Source: Candidatus Saccharimonadota bacterium
GTDB taxonomy: Bacteria > Pseudomonadota > Gammaproteobacteria > Enterobacterales > Enterobacteriaceae
DNA length: 32,000 nucleotides
Reading direction: 5' to 3'
Assembly (NCBI RefSeq): GCF_012571795.1
Contig: NZ_CP046222.1
Span: 420,819-452,818 of the forward strand
Each line of letters starts with the position of its first letter. Position 1 is the first letter of the stretch. Under the pieces are notes generated by a model, which saw only the letters and a program-made list of their open reading frames with translations, was not told the origin of the DNA and searched no databases. A program made the translations under genes and the position numbers. Shown here one piece after another: positions 17,787-28,373 of the stretch.

Positions 17787-19496
17787 ATGATTTCAGGGAT
17801 TATAGCTTCTCCTGGTATTACTTTTGGTAAAGCTTTTTTATTAAAAGTTAATAATATTATTATTAATCATAAAAAAATTAATAAATATCAAGTTAATATA
17901 GAAATTAATAAATTTATTAATGGACAAAAAGAATCTATAAAACAATTAAAAAATATTCAAAATAAAAAGAATATAGATAATAATCATTGTACAAAACAAA
18001 CAATCATTGAAAGTCACATATTATTATTGCAAGACGATGAAATGATAAAAGATGTAATTATATTAATAAAAAAATATTTATTGTCTGCTGCTGCTGCTGT
18101 AGAAAAAATTATAAATAAACAAATAAAATTATTAGAAAAATTAAATGATCAATATTTAAAAGAAAGAATAATTGATATTAAAGATATTGGTAGTCGTTTA
18201 ATTAAAAATATATTAAATATTAATATTAATGATTTTAATGATATAAACAAACAAGTTATTTTAATTGCAAAAGATTTAACACCATCTGAAACTGCACAGT
18301 TAAATTTAAAAAATATTCTTGGTTTTATTACTGATTTAGGTAGTAGAACTTCTCATACTGCTATTATGGCTCGTTCATTAGAAATACCTGCTATTGTTGG
18401 AACAGGTAATATTACAAAACAAGTACAAAATGATGATTTTATTGTTTTAGACAGCATAAGTAATAAAATTTATATTAATCCTGATAATAATATTATTAAA
18501 AATATTAAATTAAAACATAATAAATATATTCAAGAAAAAGAAAAATTAGTAAATTTAAGTTTTTTACCATCTTATACTAAAGATCATTATAAAATAACAG
18601 TTGGTGCTAATATTGGTTCCATACAAGATTTAAATAATGCAAAAAAAAATGGTGCTGAATGTATTGGTTTATACCGTACTGAATTTTTATTTATGAATCG
18701 TATTTCCTTACCAACAGAGGAAGAACAATTTAATGCATATAAAAATGTAGCAGAAAAAATGAATAATCAATCTGTAATTATTAGAACATTAGATATAGGA
18801 GGTGATAAAAATATACCATATATGAATTTACCTAAAGAAGATAATCCTTTTTTAGGATGGCGTGCTATTAGAATTACTATGGATCGTAAAGATATTTTAC
18901 ATACACAATTAAGAGCTATACTTAGAGCTTCTATTTTTGGTAAATTATCTATTATGTTTCCTATGATTATTTCTTTAGAAGAAGTTTTATTATTAAAATC
19001 AGAATTAAATTTTTTAAAAAAACAATTATATAAAGAAAAAAAAGATTTTAATTCAAAAATATTAATAGGTATTATGATTGAAACACCAGCTTCTGCTATT
19101 ATTTCAGAATCCTTAGCTAAAGAAATTGATTTTTTTAGTATAGGTACTAATGATTTAACACAATATACATTAGCGGTTGATCGTGGTAATGATTTAATTT
19201 CACATTTATATAATCCTATGCATCCAGCAATATTTTATTTAATAAAAAAAGTTATTGATGCTTCTCATGCTGAAGGAAAATGGACAGGAATGTGTGGTGA
19301 ATTAGCAAGTGATGAAAAACTTATTCCAGTATTATTAGGGATGGGATTAAATGAATTAAGTATGAGTGCTATTTCTATACCAAAAGTTAAAAATATAATC
19401 CGTAATATTAACATGTCACAAGCTAAAGAATTAGCTAATAAAATTTTATCAGAATCCACTGCAAAAAAAATTAATCAATTATTAAATAATAATTAA
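17787..19496 (+). CDS. ptsI: PTS enzyme I (phosphoenolpyruvate-protein phosphotransferase)
   Basis: 569 aa: GSRTSHTAIMARSLEIPAIVG (phospho-His), GLYRTEFLFM, IRTLDIGGDK, NPFLGWRAIR, IMFPMI, SIGTNDLTQYTLAVDRGN and CGELA. Confidence 0.96.
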   Translation: MISGIIASPGITFGKAFLLKVNNIIINHKKINKYQVNIEINKFINGQKESIKQLKNIQNKKNIDNNHCTKQTIIESHILLLQDDEMIKDVIILIKKYLLSAAAAVEKIINKQIKLLEKLNDQYLKERIIDIKDIGSRLIKNILNININDFNDINKQVILIAKDLTPSETAQLNLKNILGFITDLGSRTSHTAIMARSLEIPAIVGTGNITKQVQNDDFIVLDSISNKIYINPDNNIIKNIKLKHNKYIQEKEKLVNLSFLPSYTKDHYKITVGANIGSIQDLNNAKKNGAECIGLYRTEFLFMNRISLPTEEEQFNAYKNVAEKMNNQSVIIRTLDIGGDKNIPYMNLPKEDNPFLGWRAIRITMDRKDILHTQLRAILRASIFGKLSIMFPMIISLEEVLLLKSELNFLKKQLYKEKKDFNSKILIGIMIETPASAIISESLAKEIDFFSIGTNDLTQYTLAVDRGNDLISHLYNPMHPAIFYLIKKVIDASHAEGKWTGMCGELASDEKLIPVLLGMGLNELSMSAISIPKVKNIIRNINMSQAKELANKILSESTAKKINQLLNNN

Positions 19497-19510
19497 TATT
19501 TATAAAATAA

Positions 19511-19515
19511 AAGGA
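19511..19515 (+). promoter_or_regulatory. Shine-Dalgarno AAGGA for crr
   Basis: AAGGA lies 10 nt upstream of the ATG at 19526. Confidence 0.5.
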
Positions 19516-19525
19516 TAATTATAGA

Positions 19526-20047
19526 ATGTTATTTAACAAAATTTTTAAAAAAAATACAGAAATAAAAAAACATATTTGTACACAAATTTTTACACCTATT
19601 ACAGGAACAATTATTGATCTTAAATATGTTCCAGATCCAGTTTTTGCTGATAAAATTGTTGGAGATGGCATAGCAATAAAACCTACTGGTAATATTATTG
19701 TTGCACCAGTAGACGGGATTATTGGTAAAATTTTTGATACTAATCATGCTTTTTCTATTATTACAAAAAATAATATAGAATTATTTGTACATTTTGGCAT
19801 TGATACTATTAATTTACAAGGTAAAGGTTTTAAAAGAATTTTCAATTTTACTACAAATAATAATACAGTAATAAAAGGTGATAATATTATAGAAGTAGAT
19901 TTAGAATATTTAAAAAAACATGCTAAATCTATTTTAACACCTGTAATTATTTCTAATATTGAAGACATCAAACAAATAGTAAAAGTTAAAAAAAATAAAA
20001 CCAATGTAATAGCTGGCATGGATATAATATTACAAGCATACAAATAA
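19526..20047 (+). CDS. crr: PTS glucose-specific EIIA component
   Basis: 173 aa: VPDPVFADKIVGDGIAIKPTGN..VAPVDG.IGKIFDTNHAFSI (His75 equivalent), ELFVHFGIDT (His90 equivalent) and LTPVIISN. Confidence 0.95.
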   Translation: MLFNKIFKKNTEIKKHICTQIFTPITGTIIDLKYVPDPVFADKIVGDGIAIKPTGNIIVAPVDGIIGKIFDTNHAFSIITKNNIELFVHFGIDTINLQGKGFKRIFNFTTNNNTVIKGDNIIEVDLEYLKKHAKSILTPVIISNIEDIKQIVKVKKNKTNVIAGMDIILQAYK

Positions 20048-20054
20048 ATATATT

Positions 20055-20074
20055 TTATTTTTTATAAAAAATAA
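20055..20074. terminator. Perfect 20-bp A/T-only palindrome just after the crr stop; weak candidate bidirectional terminator
   Basis: ttattttttataaaaaataa equals its own reverse complement. It lies 8 nt after the crr TAA, between convergent crr and ruvC. It is all A/T, so the hairpin would be thermodynamically weak. A rough estimate suggests about one such palindrome per 32 kb by chance at this composition. Confidence 0.25.
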
Positions 20075-20120
20075 TATTTTAAAATTGCAAATAAAAATTT
20101 TATATATAAAATATAATAAA

Positions 20121-20591
20121 TTAATTAATAATTATACGACTATGTGTAATAGCAACAGCTAAAGCATCTGCAGCATCTTGATTAGGTATATCGGATAAAT
20201 GTAATATTATACGTACCATATTTTGTATATGTATTTTTTTTGCAATACCAATACCTCCTACTACTAATTTAATTTTAGTATTAGAATATTCAAAAATAGA
20301 TAAATTATGATTAATAGCAGAAATTATGACAGCACTGCTAGCATAACTTAATTTTAAAGCAGAATTTATATTTCTAGCAATAAAAACTTTTTCTATCGCA
20401 CAATCTGTAGGTTTAAATGTATTAATAATATCACTTATTTTAGAATAAATTATTTTTAATCGCATAGGGAAATCTTTAATTTTGGTTTCAATACATCCAC
20501 TATTAATGTAAATTAATTTATCTTTATTTTTTTTAATTAAACCATATCCTGTTATTCTTGAACCAGGATCAATACCTAGTATAATAGACAT
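20121..20591 (-). CDS. ruvC: Holliday junction resolvase RuvC
   Basis: 156 aa. The catalytic acidic residues are present: ILGIDPGS (D7), AIEKVF (E66) and QDAADALAVAITH (D138, D141). It ends shortly after the ITH motif, about 17 aa short of E. coli RuvC (173 aa as recalled). The start lies 2 nt after the yebC stop. Confidence 0.92.
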   Translation of the reverse strand: MSIILGIDPGSRITGYGLIKKNKDKLIYINSGCIETKIKDFPMRLKIIYSKISDIINTFKPTDCAIEKVFIARNINSALKLSYASSAVIISAINHNLSIFEYSNTKIKLVVGGIGIAKKIHIQNMVRIILHLSDIPNQDAADALAVAITHSRIIIN

Positions 20592-20593
20592 AA

Positions 20594-21334
20594 TTATTGA
20601 TCTATAATAAAATCAGCATTATGATAGACTTTTTGTATATCATGATTAGATAGTAAATCTTTTATTAAAAATAATATTTGTTTTTTTACACATTGATTTA
20701 CTTGTTTTTTTATATATGGCACTATATTAAATATGATTTTTATAGGCTTTATATTAAATGTTTTAGATTGTAATAAAATATTTTTATATTTATTTTTTAA
20801 AAAAATCATTTCAATAGTATCATGATTAATTATAAAATCTTCAGGAACTAATTTTTCAGCAATATCCATAATTAGATCAATATTATGATTAATTTGATAT
20901 ATAAAAGATACTAAATATTTAAATATATGATTTACTATGTTATAATTTTGTAGTGTACCACCATATTTATATAAAGTATGACGTATAAAACTTACAGTAC
21001 GATTACAATTATCAGTTAAACAATTAATCATAAATGTTATATTATTCATATACCCATAATATATAAGATTTTTCATATGTATATTTTGTGTTGTTTTAAT
21101 ATTTTCTTTAAAATATTTTGATATAATTTTATTAATCATTATACGATTCATATTATATGATAATGCTTTACTTATAACTAATTTTAGTCGATTATTATAT
21201 TGTGGGTTTATATTATTATTTAATTTAATTGCTGTATGCAATTCTTTAATTATTTTAGAAAAAATTTTATCTTTTTTACGATCTTGTAAAGCTTTACGAT
21301 AACGTGTATTAACCCATTTACTATGTCCAGACAT
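20594..21334 (-). CDS. yebC: YebC/PmpR-family transcriptional regulator/translation factor
   Basis: 246 aa: MSGHSKWVNTRYRKALQDRKKDKIFSKIIKEL and CLTDNCNRTV. The conserved aspS-yebC-ruvC order also supports the call. Confidence 0.92.
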   Translation of the reverse strand: MSGHSKWVNTRYRKALQDRKKDKIFSKIIKELHTAIKLNNNINPQYNNRLKLVISKALSYNMNRIMINKIISKYFKENIKTTQNIHMKNLIYYGYMNNITFMINCLTDNCNRTVSFIRHTLYKYGGTLQNYNIVNHIFKYLVSFIYQINHNIDLIMDIAEKLVPEDFIINHDTIEMIFLKNKYKNILLQSKTFNIKPIKIIFNIVPYIKKQVNQCVKKQILFLIKDLLSNHDIQKVYHNADFIIDQ

Positions 21335-21346
21335 AAAATAACATTC

Positions 21347-23080
21347 CTATTTTATATTGTTAATAATCCATCCTACATCATGTAAAATATTATTATTGAA
21401 ACTATTAGGTGCATTAGTTAATAAACAAGAAGCAGATGTTGTTTTAGGAAAAGCAATTACATCTCTAATATTATTAGTATTTGTTAATAACATTACTAAT
21501 CTATCTAATCCTAATGCTATTCCTAAATGTGGTGGTGTTCCATATTGCAATGCTTCTAAAAAAAAACCAAAATTTTGTTGTTGCATTTTATCATTTAATT
21601 TTAATAAATTAAAAATAATTTTTTGTATATTATAATCATGAATTCTTTTAGAACCACTACCAATTTCGTATCCATTTATTACAATATCATATGAATCAGA
21701 TATAATTTTTTCAGGTTTTAAGGTTAATACTTTCAGATCTTCTATTTTTGGTGATGTAAATGGATGGTGCATAGATGTTAAATTACCTAATTTATCTTTC
21801 TTAAATAATGGAAAATTTATAATCCATAATGGGCACCATATATCATGTTTAATGATATTGAAATCATGACCTAATTTTGTTCTTAACATACCCATAGAAT
21901 ATATATGACCTAAATTTTTATTAGAACCAATAAAAATAATATCATTATTATTTAGATTAAATTTTTGAATAATATATTTTGCTTCTGTATTATCTAAATT
22001 TATTAAAGAATTATTATATTCTATTATACTAATAAGATTTAAATGTTTCACTTTAAAAATATTTAAATCATAGGTTCCATATTTTTTCATATAAATATGA
22101 TATTTATAAAATGAATCTTTATATGATATTTTAAAATCTTTTTTATTTATAATAATAGCAGTTATTAAAGAATGTTTCCTATTATTTATATACTGTGTTA
22201 TATCAATTAATTTTAATGGATTTCGTAAATCAGGTTTATCACTACCATAATATTTCATTGCCTCATGAAATGTTAAAACATCAAATTTTTTTAATTGAAC
22301 ATTTAATATTTTATTCCATACATAAGTTATCATTTCTTCAATAAAATTTCTAAATATATTAGAATGTACAAATGAAATTTCTATATCAATTTGTGTAAAT
22401 TCTGGTTGACGATCTGAACGTAAATCTTCATCACGAAAACATTTAGCAAATTGATAATAACGATCTACTCCTGCAATCATTAATAATTGTTTAAAAATTT
22501 GTGGAGATTGCGGTAAAGCATAAAAACTATTTTTATGGATTCTACTAGGCACTAAATAATCTCTAGAACCTTCAGGAGTAATATGTGTTAAAATTGGAGT
22601 TTCAATATTTAAAAAATGATGTTTTTCTAAAAATAATCTAATTATATTACTAATATAAGATCTATATTTAATAATATTAATCATTTTATTTTGTCTTAAA
22701 TCTAAATATCGATATTTTAATCTATTTTCTTCTATATTAATATTATTATTATCTATAGGTAATTTTTTTGATTTATTAATTATTAATATTTTAAAAACAA
22801 TTATTTCAACTTTACCAGTATAAATATTAATATTTGGTTTTTTTCTTGGAACTATTTTCCCAGTAATTTTTACACAAAAATTATTACGTAATGTTTTTGC
22901 AATATTATATACATCACTATTTTTAGAAGTAAATACTGATTGTATAATACCTTCTCTATCTCTTATATTAGCAAAAATTAACTTTCCTAAATCTTTATAA
23001 TTTTCAATCCATCCATAAATAGTAATAATTTTATTAATAAATTGTTCATTAATTTTCCCACAATAAATTCTAAATTGCAT
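21347..23080 (-). CDS. aspS: Aspartate--tRNA ligase
   Basis: 577 aa, class IIb: [89 protein letters not shown] and PPH.G.A.GLDRLVM. Stop is TAG. Confidence 0.96.
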   Translation of the reverse strand: MQFRIYCGKINEQFINKIITIYGWIENYKDLGKLIFANIRDREGIIQSVFTSKNSDVYNIAKTLRNNFCVKITGKIVPRKKPNINIYTGKVEIIVFKILIINKSKKLPIDNNNINIEENRLKYRYLDLRQNKMINIIKYRSYISNIIRLFLEKHHFLNIETPILTHITPEGSRDYLVPSRIHKNSFYALPQSPQIFKQLLMIAGVDRYYQFAKCFRDEDLRSDRQPEFTQIDIEISFVHSNIFRNFIEEMITYVWNKILNVQLKKFDVLTFHEAMKYYGSDKPDLRNPLKLIDITQYINNRKHSLITAIIINKKDFKISYKDSFYKYHIYMKKYGTYDLNIFKVKHLNLISIIEYNNSLINLDNTEAKYIIQKFNLNNNDIIFIGSNKNLGHIYSMGMLRTKLGHDFNIIKHDIWCPLWIINFPLFKKDKLGNLTSMHHPFTSPKIEDLKVLTLKPEKIISDSYDIVINGYEIGSGSKRIHDYNIQKIIFNLLKLNDKMQQQNFGFFLEALQYGTPPHLGIALGLDRLVMLLTNTNNIRDVIAFPKTTSASCLLTNAPNSFNNNILHDVGWIINNIK

Positions 23081-23379
23081 AACATATTTTCCTTATTAAT
23101 GTATAAAATATTTAATAAGTAATTTATAAAAATCATATTTTTTATATTAAATAAATATTATATATATTTATTAACAAATATTTTTTTTAAAAATTATTAT
23201 GTAATTCGTTTATTAAAACATATAAAATTATTTTAATAATTATAAAATATAATCTTTAAATTTAATTAAATAAGTTTGTTTTTATATTGTAAAATTATTA
23301 AAAAATAAAACATTAACATGTAATTATTTAATAATATAGTATTATTAATTATTACATAATATTTATATTAGGTAAAATT

Positions 23380-25110
23380 ATGAATATCAAAAAAATACTG
23401 TCTAAATATATATATAATGCTATGATACAAGCTAGTATACCGGATAGTTATAATGTTGTTTTACGTAAATGTAAACAAGTAACATTTGGACATTATCAAG
23501 TAAATGGTATTATTACTGCTGCTAATAAATTAAAATTAAATCCAAAACATTTAGCTATAAAAGTTATTAAAAATATAAATAATATTGATATTATTAAAAA
23601 AATGGAAGTTTCCCAATTTGGGCATATTAATATTTTTATTAATGAAATATGGTTATCAAAACAAATGAATATGATTTTAATATCTTCAACATTAGGATTT
23701 AATAAAAAAATTAAAATAAAAAATATAGTAGTAGATTATTCTGGTCCTAATATAGCAAAAGAAATGCATGTGGGTCATTTAAGATCAACAGTTTTAGGAG
23801 ATGCTATAGTACGTATTTTAACATTTGTAGGACATAATGTTATTCCAGTAAATCATATTGGAGATTGGGGTACACAATTTGGCATGCTTATAGCTTTTTT
23901 AACAATATATAAACAAAATATTAATAAGGAATTAAGTATATCAAATTTAGATATATTATATCAACAAGCACAAAAAAAATATATTAATGATATTAATTTT
24001 GCTAAAAAATCTAGAAATTATGTAGTAAAATTACAAAATCAAGATCCATTTTGTTTAAAAATATGGAAAAAACTTATAAATATTACTATGGAAAATAATT
24101 ATCAATTATATAATACATTAAATATTTTATTAAATTCTGCACATACTATGGGTGAAAGTACATATAATAATATGTTACCAGATATTATTAATGATTTACA
24201 AAAAAAAGGATTAGCTATTATTAGTAATGGTGCAGTTATTATACCAATTAAATATAATGATCTTATTTCTGATAATATTATTATAATTAAAAAAAGTGAT
24301 GGAGCATATTTATATGCTACTACAGATATAGCTTGTATAAAATATAGAGCAGAATATTTACATGCAGATCGTATTATCTATTATATAGATGCAAGACAAA
24401 GTCAATATTTGAAAAATATATTTTATATTGTAAAAAAAGCTAAATATGTAAAAAAAAATGTTCAGTTAGAACATCATGTATTTGGAATGATATTGAATAA
24501 AAATTCTAAACCATATAAAACAAGGGAAGGACATAATATTAAATTACAATATTTAATTAATGAAGCTATTTCTAGATCTAAAACAATTATTTTAAACAAA
24601 CAACCTAATATTAAACAACATAAATTAAATAATTTAGCACAAATTATAGGTGTAGGAGCAATAAAATATAATGATTTATCAAAAAATAGAATGTCTAATT
24701 ATATTTTTAACTGGAATGAAATATTAAATTTTGAAGGTAATACATCTTTATATATACAATATGCATATGTACGTGCTATTTCTATATTAAATAAATCTAA
24801 TATGAGTATTAAAAATATAAAAGATTATACAATTATATTTACAAATCAGAATGAAATTAATTTAGCTATATTGTTTTTAGAATTTGAAGAAATTATATTA
24901 CAGGTTATTGAAAAAGGCTTACCACATATTTTATGTAATTGGTTATATAAAATTGCAGTATTATTTTCTACTTTTTATGAAAATTGTAATATTTTAAATA
25001 ATACTAATAATAATACTAAAATTAGTAGATTAAAAATAATATTTATAACATCACAATTTTTAAAAAAAGGTTTAAATATGTTAGGCATTCAAACTATTCA
25101 AAATATGTAA
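23380..25110 (+). CDS. argS: Arginine--tRNA ligase
   Basis: 576 aa: VDYSGPNIAKEMHVGHLRSTVLGDA (HIGH-type motif), GDWGTQFGMLIA, DGAYLYATTDIA, GVGAIKYNDLSK and YIQYAYVR. Confidence 0.96.
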   Translation: MNIKKILSKYIYNAMIQASIPDSYNVVLRKCKQVTFGHYQVNGIITAANKLKLNPKHLAIKVIKNINNIDIIKKMEVSQFGHINIFINEIWLSKQMNMILISSTLGFNKKIKIKNIVVDYSGPNIAKEMHVGHLRSTVLGDAIVRILTFVGHNVIPVNHIGDWGTQFGMLIAFLTIYKQNINKELSISNLDILYQQAQKKYINDINFAKKSRNYVVKLQNQDPFCLKIWKKLINITMENNYQLYNTLNILLNSAHTMGESTYNNMLPDIINDLQKKGLAIISNGAVIIPIKYNDLISDNIIIIKKSDGAYLYATTDIACIKYRAEYLHADRIIYYIDARQSQYLKNIFYIVKKAKYVKKNVQLEHHVFGMILNKNSKPYKTREGHNIKLQYLINEAISRSKTIILNKQPNIKQHKLNNLAQIIGVGAIKYNDLSKNRMSNYIFNWNEILNFEGNTSLYIQYAYVRAISILNKSNMSIKNIKDYTIIFTNQNEINLAILFLEFEEIILQVIEKGLPHILCNWLYKIAVLFSTFYENCNILNNTNNNTKISRLKIIFITSQFLKKGLNMLGIQTIQNM

Positions 25111-25127
25111 AATACACAATAATATTT

Positions 25128-26252
25128 ATGATTAAAAAAAAAGTCATTATTGCTATGTCTGGTGGTGTGGATTCTTCTGTTGCTGCTTGGTTATTAATTA
25201 AACAAAATTATCAAGTAGAAGGATTATTTATGAAAAACTGGGAAGAAGATAATACCAATAATTATTGTCATGCTAAACAAGATTTACATGATGCTATGAG
25301 TATATGTCGTCAATTATCTATTCCATTGCATAAAATTAATTTTTCATTTGAATATTGGGAATATGTTTTTAAACATTTTCTTCATGAATATAAACTAGGA
25401 CGAACACCTAATCCTGATATCTTATGTAATAAAATTATTAAATTTAAATATTTTATGAATTTTGCATTTAATTATTTGAAAGCAGATTTTATTAGTACTG
25501 GGCATTATGCACGTTGTAAAAAAATAAAAAATCAATTTTATTTATTAACTAGTATAGATAAAAATAAAGATCAAAGTTATTTTTTATATACATTAAAATC
25601 ACAACAATTAAAAAATATTATATTTCCTATTGGTGGATTAAATAAATATGAAGTTAGAAATATAGCAAGAAAATTGAATTTTACTAATGCAAAAAAAAAA
25701 GATTCTACAGGTATTTGTTTTATTGGAGAAAGAAAATTTGTTACTTTTTTAAATAAATATCTTAAATCTAATATAGGTAATATAACTGATATATATGGTA
25801 ATATTTTAGGACAACATAAAGGTCTGATACATTATACTATAGGACAAAGAAAAAATATAGGTATAGGAGGATTAAAAAATTATTGTGGCGGTGCTTGGTA
25901 TGTTTATAAAAAAGATTTATTAAATAATACTTTAATAGTAGTACAAGAAAAAAATAATTTATATTTATTTTCTATAGGATTAATAGCAAAAGATATAAAT
26001 TGGATTAATAAAATATTAGATATTTCTCAAAAACTAACTATAAAAACAAGATATAGACAAAAAAAAATATCTTGTTATATTATTTCTTTTATAAAAACAA
26101 AAAAAATTAAAGTTTATTTTAAAAAACCTATATCTAGTATTACACCAGGACAATCAGTAGTATTTTATTTACGTCACGTATGCTTAGGTGGAGGAATTAT
26201 CGAAAAATCTATTCCACTAATTAATTTTTCTAATAATAGAATTGATTATTAA
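25128..26252 (+). CDS. mnmA: tRNA-specific 2-thiouridylase (tRNA U34 2-thiolation)
   Basis: 374 aa: VIIAMSGGVDSSVAAWLL (PP-loop), GLFMKNWEEDN, GRTPNPDILCN..IKF, STGHYAR, KDQSYFLY, DSTGICFIGE and PGQSVVFY. Confidence 0.95.
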   Translation: MIKKKVIIAMSGGVDSSVAAWLLIKQNYQVEGLFMKNWEEDNTNNYCHAKQDLHDAMSICRQLSIPLHKINFSFEYWEYVFKHFLHEYKLGRTPNPDILCNKIIKFKYFMNFAFNYLKADFISTGHYARCKKIKNQFYLLTSIDKNKDQSYFLYTLKSQQLKNIIFPIGGLNKYEVRNIARKLNFTNAKKKDSTGICFIGERKFVTFLNKYLKSNIGNITDIYGNILGQHKGLIHYTIGQRKNIGIGGLKNYCGGAWYVYKKDLLNNTLIVVQEKNNLYLFSIGLIAKDINWINKILDISQKLTIKTRYRQKKISCYIISFIKTKKIKVYFKKPISSITPGQSVVFYLRHVCLGGGIIEKSIPLINFSNNRIDY

Positions 26253-26392
26253 TGTTTTTATTATATTTAGATATAAAGCAATTTTTTGTAAAAAATACAT
26301 TTTTATATATAAACATATGAAGTTAATTATTATTAATTTATATAATTCATGATATAAATATATTTATTAAATATGTTTATGAAAATTTAATT

Positions 26393-27514
26393 ATGTTAAA
26401 AAATAATATAAAAAAACCAATAGTTAGTTTAAATAATATTAGTAAAAAATATTTTAATAAAATAATTTTGTCTAATTTTAATTTAACAATAAATCATGGA
26501 GAATTTATTACTATATTAGGTCCTTCTGGATGTGGTAAGACTACTATTTTAAGATTAATTGCTGGATTAGAAAAAGTTGATCAAGGTTCTATTATTTTAG
26601 ATAATATAGATATTACTTATACACCGGCTGAAAATAGACAAATTAATACTGTATTTCAAAGTTATGCATTATTTCCACATATGTCTGTGTTTGATAATGT
26701 ATCTTTTGGTTTAAAAATGCAAAAAAAAAAAAAGAAAGAAATTTATAAAAGAGTTAATAAAATTTTACATATGGTACAATTACAACAATTTATGTATAGT
26801 AAACCGCATGAATTATCTGGTGGTCAACAACAAAGAGTAGCTATTGCAAGAGCAGTTGTCAACAAACCTAGAATATTATTATTAGATGAATCACTATCAG
26901 CTCTAGATTATATATTACGTAAAAAAATGCAAAATGAATTAAAAGCTTTACAAAGAACATTAGGTATTACTTTTGTTTTTGTTACACATAATCAAGAAGA
27001 AGCATTAACTATATCAGATCGTATTGTTTTGTTACGTAATGGAAAAATAGAACAAGATGGTACACCTAGAGAAATTTATGAAGAACCTATTAATCTATTT
27101 GTTGCAAAATTTATAGGTAATATTAACATATTTGATGCTATTATTATAAAAATAATAGATAATCAACAAGTACAAGCAAATTTAGAAGGATATATATGTA
27201 ATATAAAAGTTTTATTTCCAGTATCTCCGGGAGATAAAATACATGTCTTATTACGTCCAGAAGATTTACGTATTAAAGAAATTAATCAATATGATGATTA
27301 TATCAATAAAGGATTAATAGGATATGTAAAAGAAAAAAGTTATAAAGGTATGACACTAGAATCTACTCTAAGATTACAAAATGGTAAAATTATTACTGTA
27401 AATGAATTTTTTAATGAAGATGATCCTTATTTTGATCATTCATTAAATCAAAAAATGCTAATTAATTGGGTAGAAACATGGGAAGTAACATTGCCTTATG
27501 AAGAAAATAATTAA
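26393..27514 (+). CDS. potA: Spermidine/putrescine ABC transporter ATP-binding protein
   Basis: 373 aa. It is near-colinear with E. coli PotA as recalled: [65 protein letters not shown] and LLRPEDLR. The C-terminus is [16 protein letters not shown]. Confidence 0.94.
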   Translation: MLKNNIKKPIVSLNNISKKYFNKIILSNFNLTINHGEFITILGPSGCGKTTILRLIAGLEKVDQGSIILDNIDITYTPAENRQINTVFQSYALFPHMSVFDNVSFGLKMQKKKKKEIYKRVNKILHMVQLQQFMYSKPHELSGGQQQRVAIARAVVNKPRILLLDESLSALDYILRKKMQNELKALQRTLGITFVFVTHNQEEALTISDRIVLLRNGKIEQDGTPREIYEEPINLFVAKFIGNINIFDAIIIKIIDNQQVQANLEGYICNIKVLFPVSPGDKIHVLLRPEDLRIKEINQYDDYINKGLIGYVKEKSYKGMTLESTLRLQNGKIITVNEFFNEDDPYFDHSLNQKMLINWVETWEVTLPYEENN

Positions 27515-28373
27515 ATACATTAAAAATACAATAATATTTATAATTATTAATTGGTTAATATTATTTATATTATTACCAAATGTAATAATCATTATAGTAA
27601 GTTTTTTAAAAAAAAATAATGTTCATTTAATACAAATACATTTTAATTTTACAAATTATCTAAGATTATTAAATATTATATATATTAAGATTTTTTTACA
27701 TTCTTTATATATATCATTAATTACTACTATTTTATGTTTAATTATTGGTTATATGTTTTCTTGGTTTTTAATACAAATGACATATAAAAAACAATCTATT
27801 ATGTTAATGTTTTTATTTTTACCATTTTGGATTAATTCTATAATTAGAATATATTCATTAAAAATTTTTCTTAGTATTAATGGATGGTTTAATAAATTTT
27901 TAATATATTTACATATTATTAAGCAACCTATACATATTATATATACTCCTTTAGCTGTTATTTTAGGTTTAATATATATCTTATTACCTTTTATGATTAT
28001 ACCTATATATAATAGTTTAAATAAATTAGATAAATATTGTATAGAAGCAGCAAAAGATTTAGGAGCACCATTTTGGAAAACTTTTGTTTATATAATTATT
28101 CCTTTAACTAGTCCTGGTATTATTTCTGGATGTTTACTAGTATTTTTACCATCAATAGGTATGTTTTCAATTAATGATTTAATGGGCGGGACACAAAATT
28201 TATTAATAGGTAATATTATTAAAAACCAATTCCTTAATATTAGAGATTGGCCATTTGGTTCTGCACTAAGTAGTATAATAATTTTTATAACAGGAGTTTT
28301 ACTAATATTATATTGGAAAATTATATATTTTTTAAATGGTAAAAATTATAAGGATTTTACAAATAATGTGTAA
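27498..28373 (+). CDS. potB: Spermidine/putrescine ABC transporter permease
   Basis: 291 aa: [23 protein letters not shown] (EAA loop), [24 protein letters not shown]. The start overlaps the potA 3' end by 17 nt. Confidence 0.93.
   Translation: MKKIIKYIKNTIIFIIINWLILFILLPNVIIIIVSFLKKNNVHLIQIHFNFTNYLRLLNIIYIKIFLHSLYISLITTILCLIIGYMFSWFLIQMTYKKQSIMLMFLFLPFWINSIIRIYSLKIFLSINGWFNKFLIYLHIIKQPIHIIYTPLAVILGLIYILLPFMIIPIYNSLNKLDKYCIEAAKDLGAPFWKTFVYIIIPLTSPGIISGCLLVFLPSIGMFSINDLMGGTQNLLIGNIIKNQFLNIRDWPFGSALSSIIIFITGVLLILYWKIIYFLNGKNYKDFTNNV

Noticed and set aside
18085-18099. (CTG)x5 trinucleotide repeat inside ptsI, encoding S-A-A-A-A.
   Set aside because: It is short, in frame and codes for an alanine run in a helical region. 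It is conspicuous only because it is G/C-containing in an A/T background. There is no evidence of function or instability.
19265-19459. 64-aa ORF on the minus strand.
   Set aside because: It is antisense within the conserved C-terminus of ptsI. Shadow ORF.
19529-20043. Two adjacent minus-strand ORFs (19529-19747, 72 aa, and 19744-20043, 99 aa) that together span crr.
   Set aside because: Both are antisense to crr, whose product is highly conserved including both active-site His motifs. The antisense peptides have no recognisable features. Long antisense ORFs opposite real genes are common.
21357-21635. 92-aa ORF on the plus strand.
   Set aside because: It is antisense to the conserved class II motif 3 region of aspS. 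Shadow ORF.
23318-23357. Imperfect inverted repeat (atgtaattatttaataata ... tattattaattattacat) about 23 bp upstream of argS.
   Set aside because: The arms differ by an indel and mismatches in the middle and are nearly all A/T. This is not distinguishable from chance without comparative data.
26317-26352. 11-codon mini-ORF ([11 protein letters not shown]) in the mnmA-potA spacer, which could be imagined as a leader peptide.
   Set aside because: It has no Shine-Dalgarno, no associated attenuator structure and no polyamine-related logic. ATG-to-stop ORFs this short are abundant by chance.
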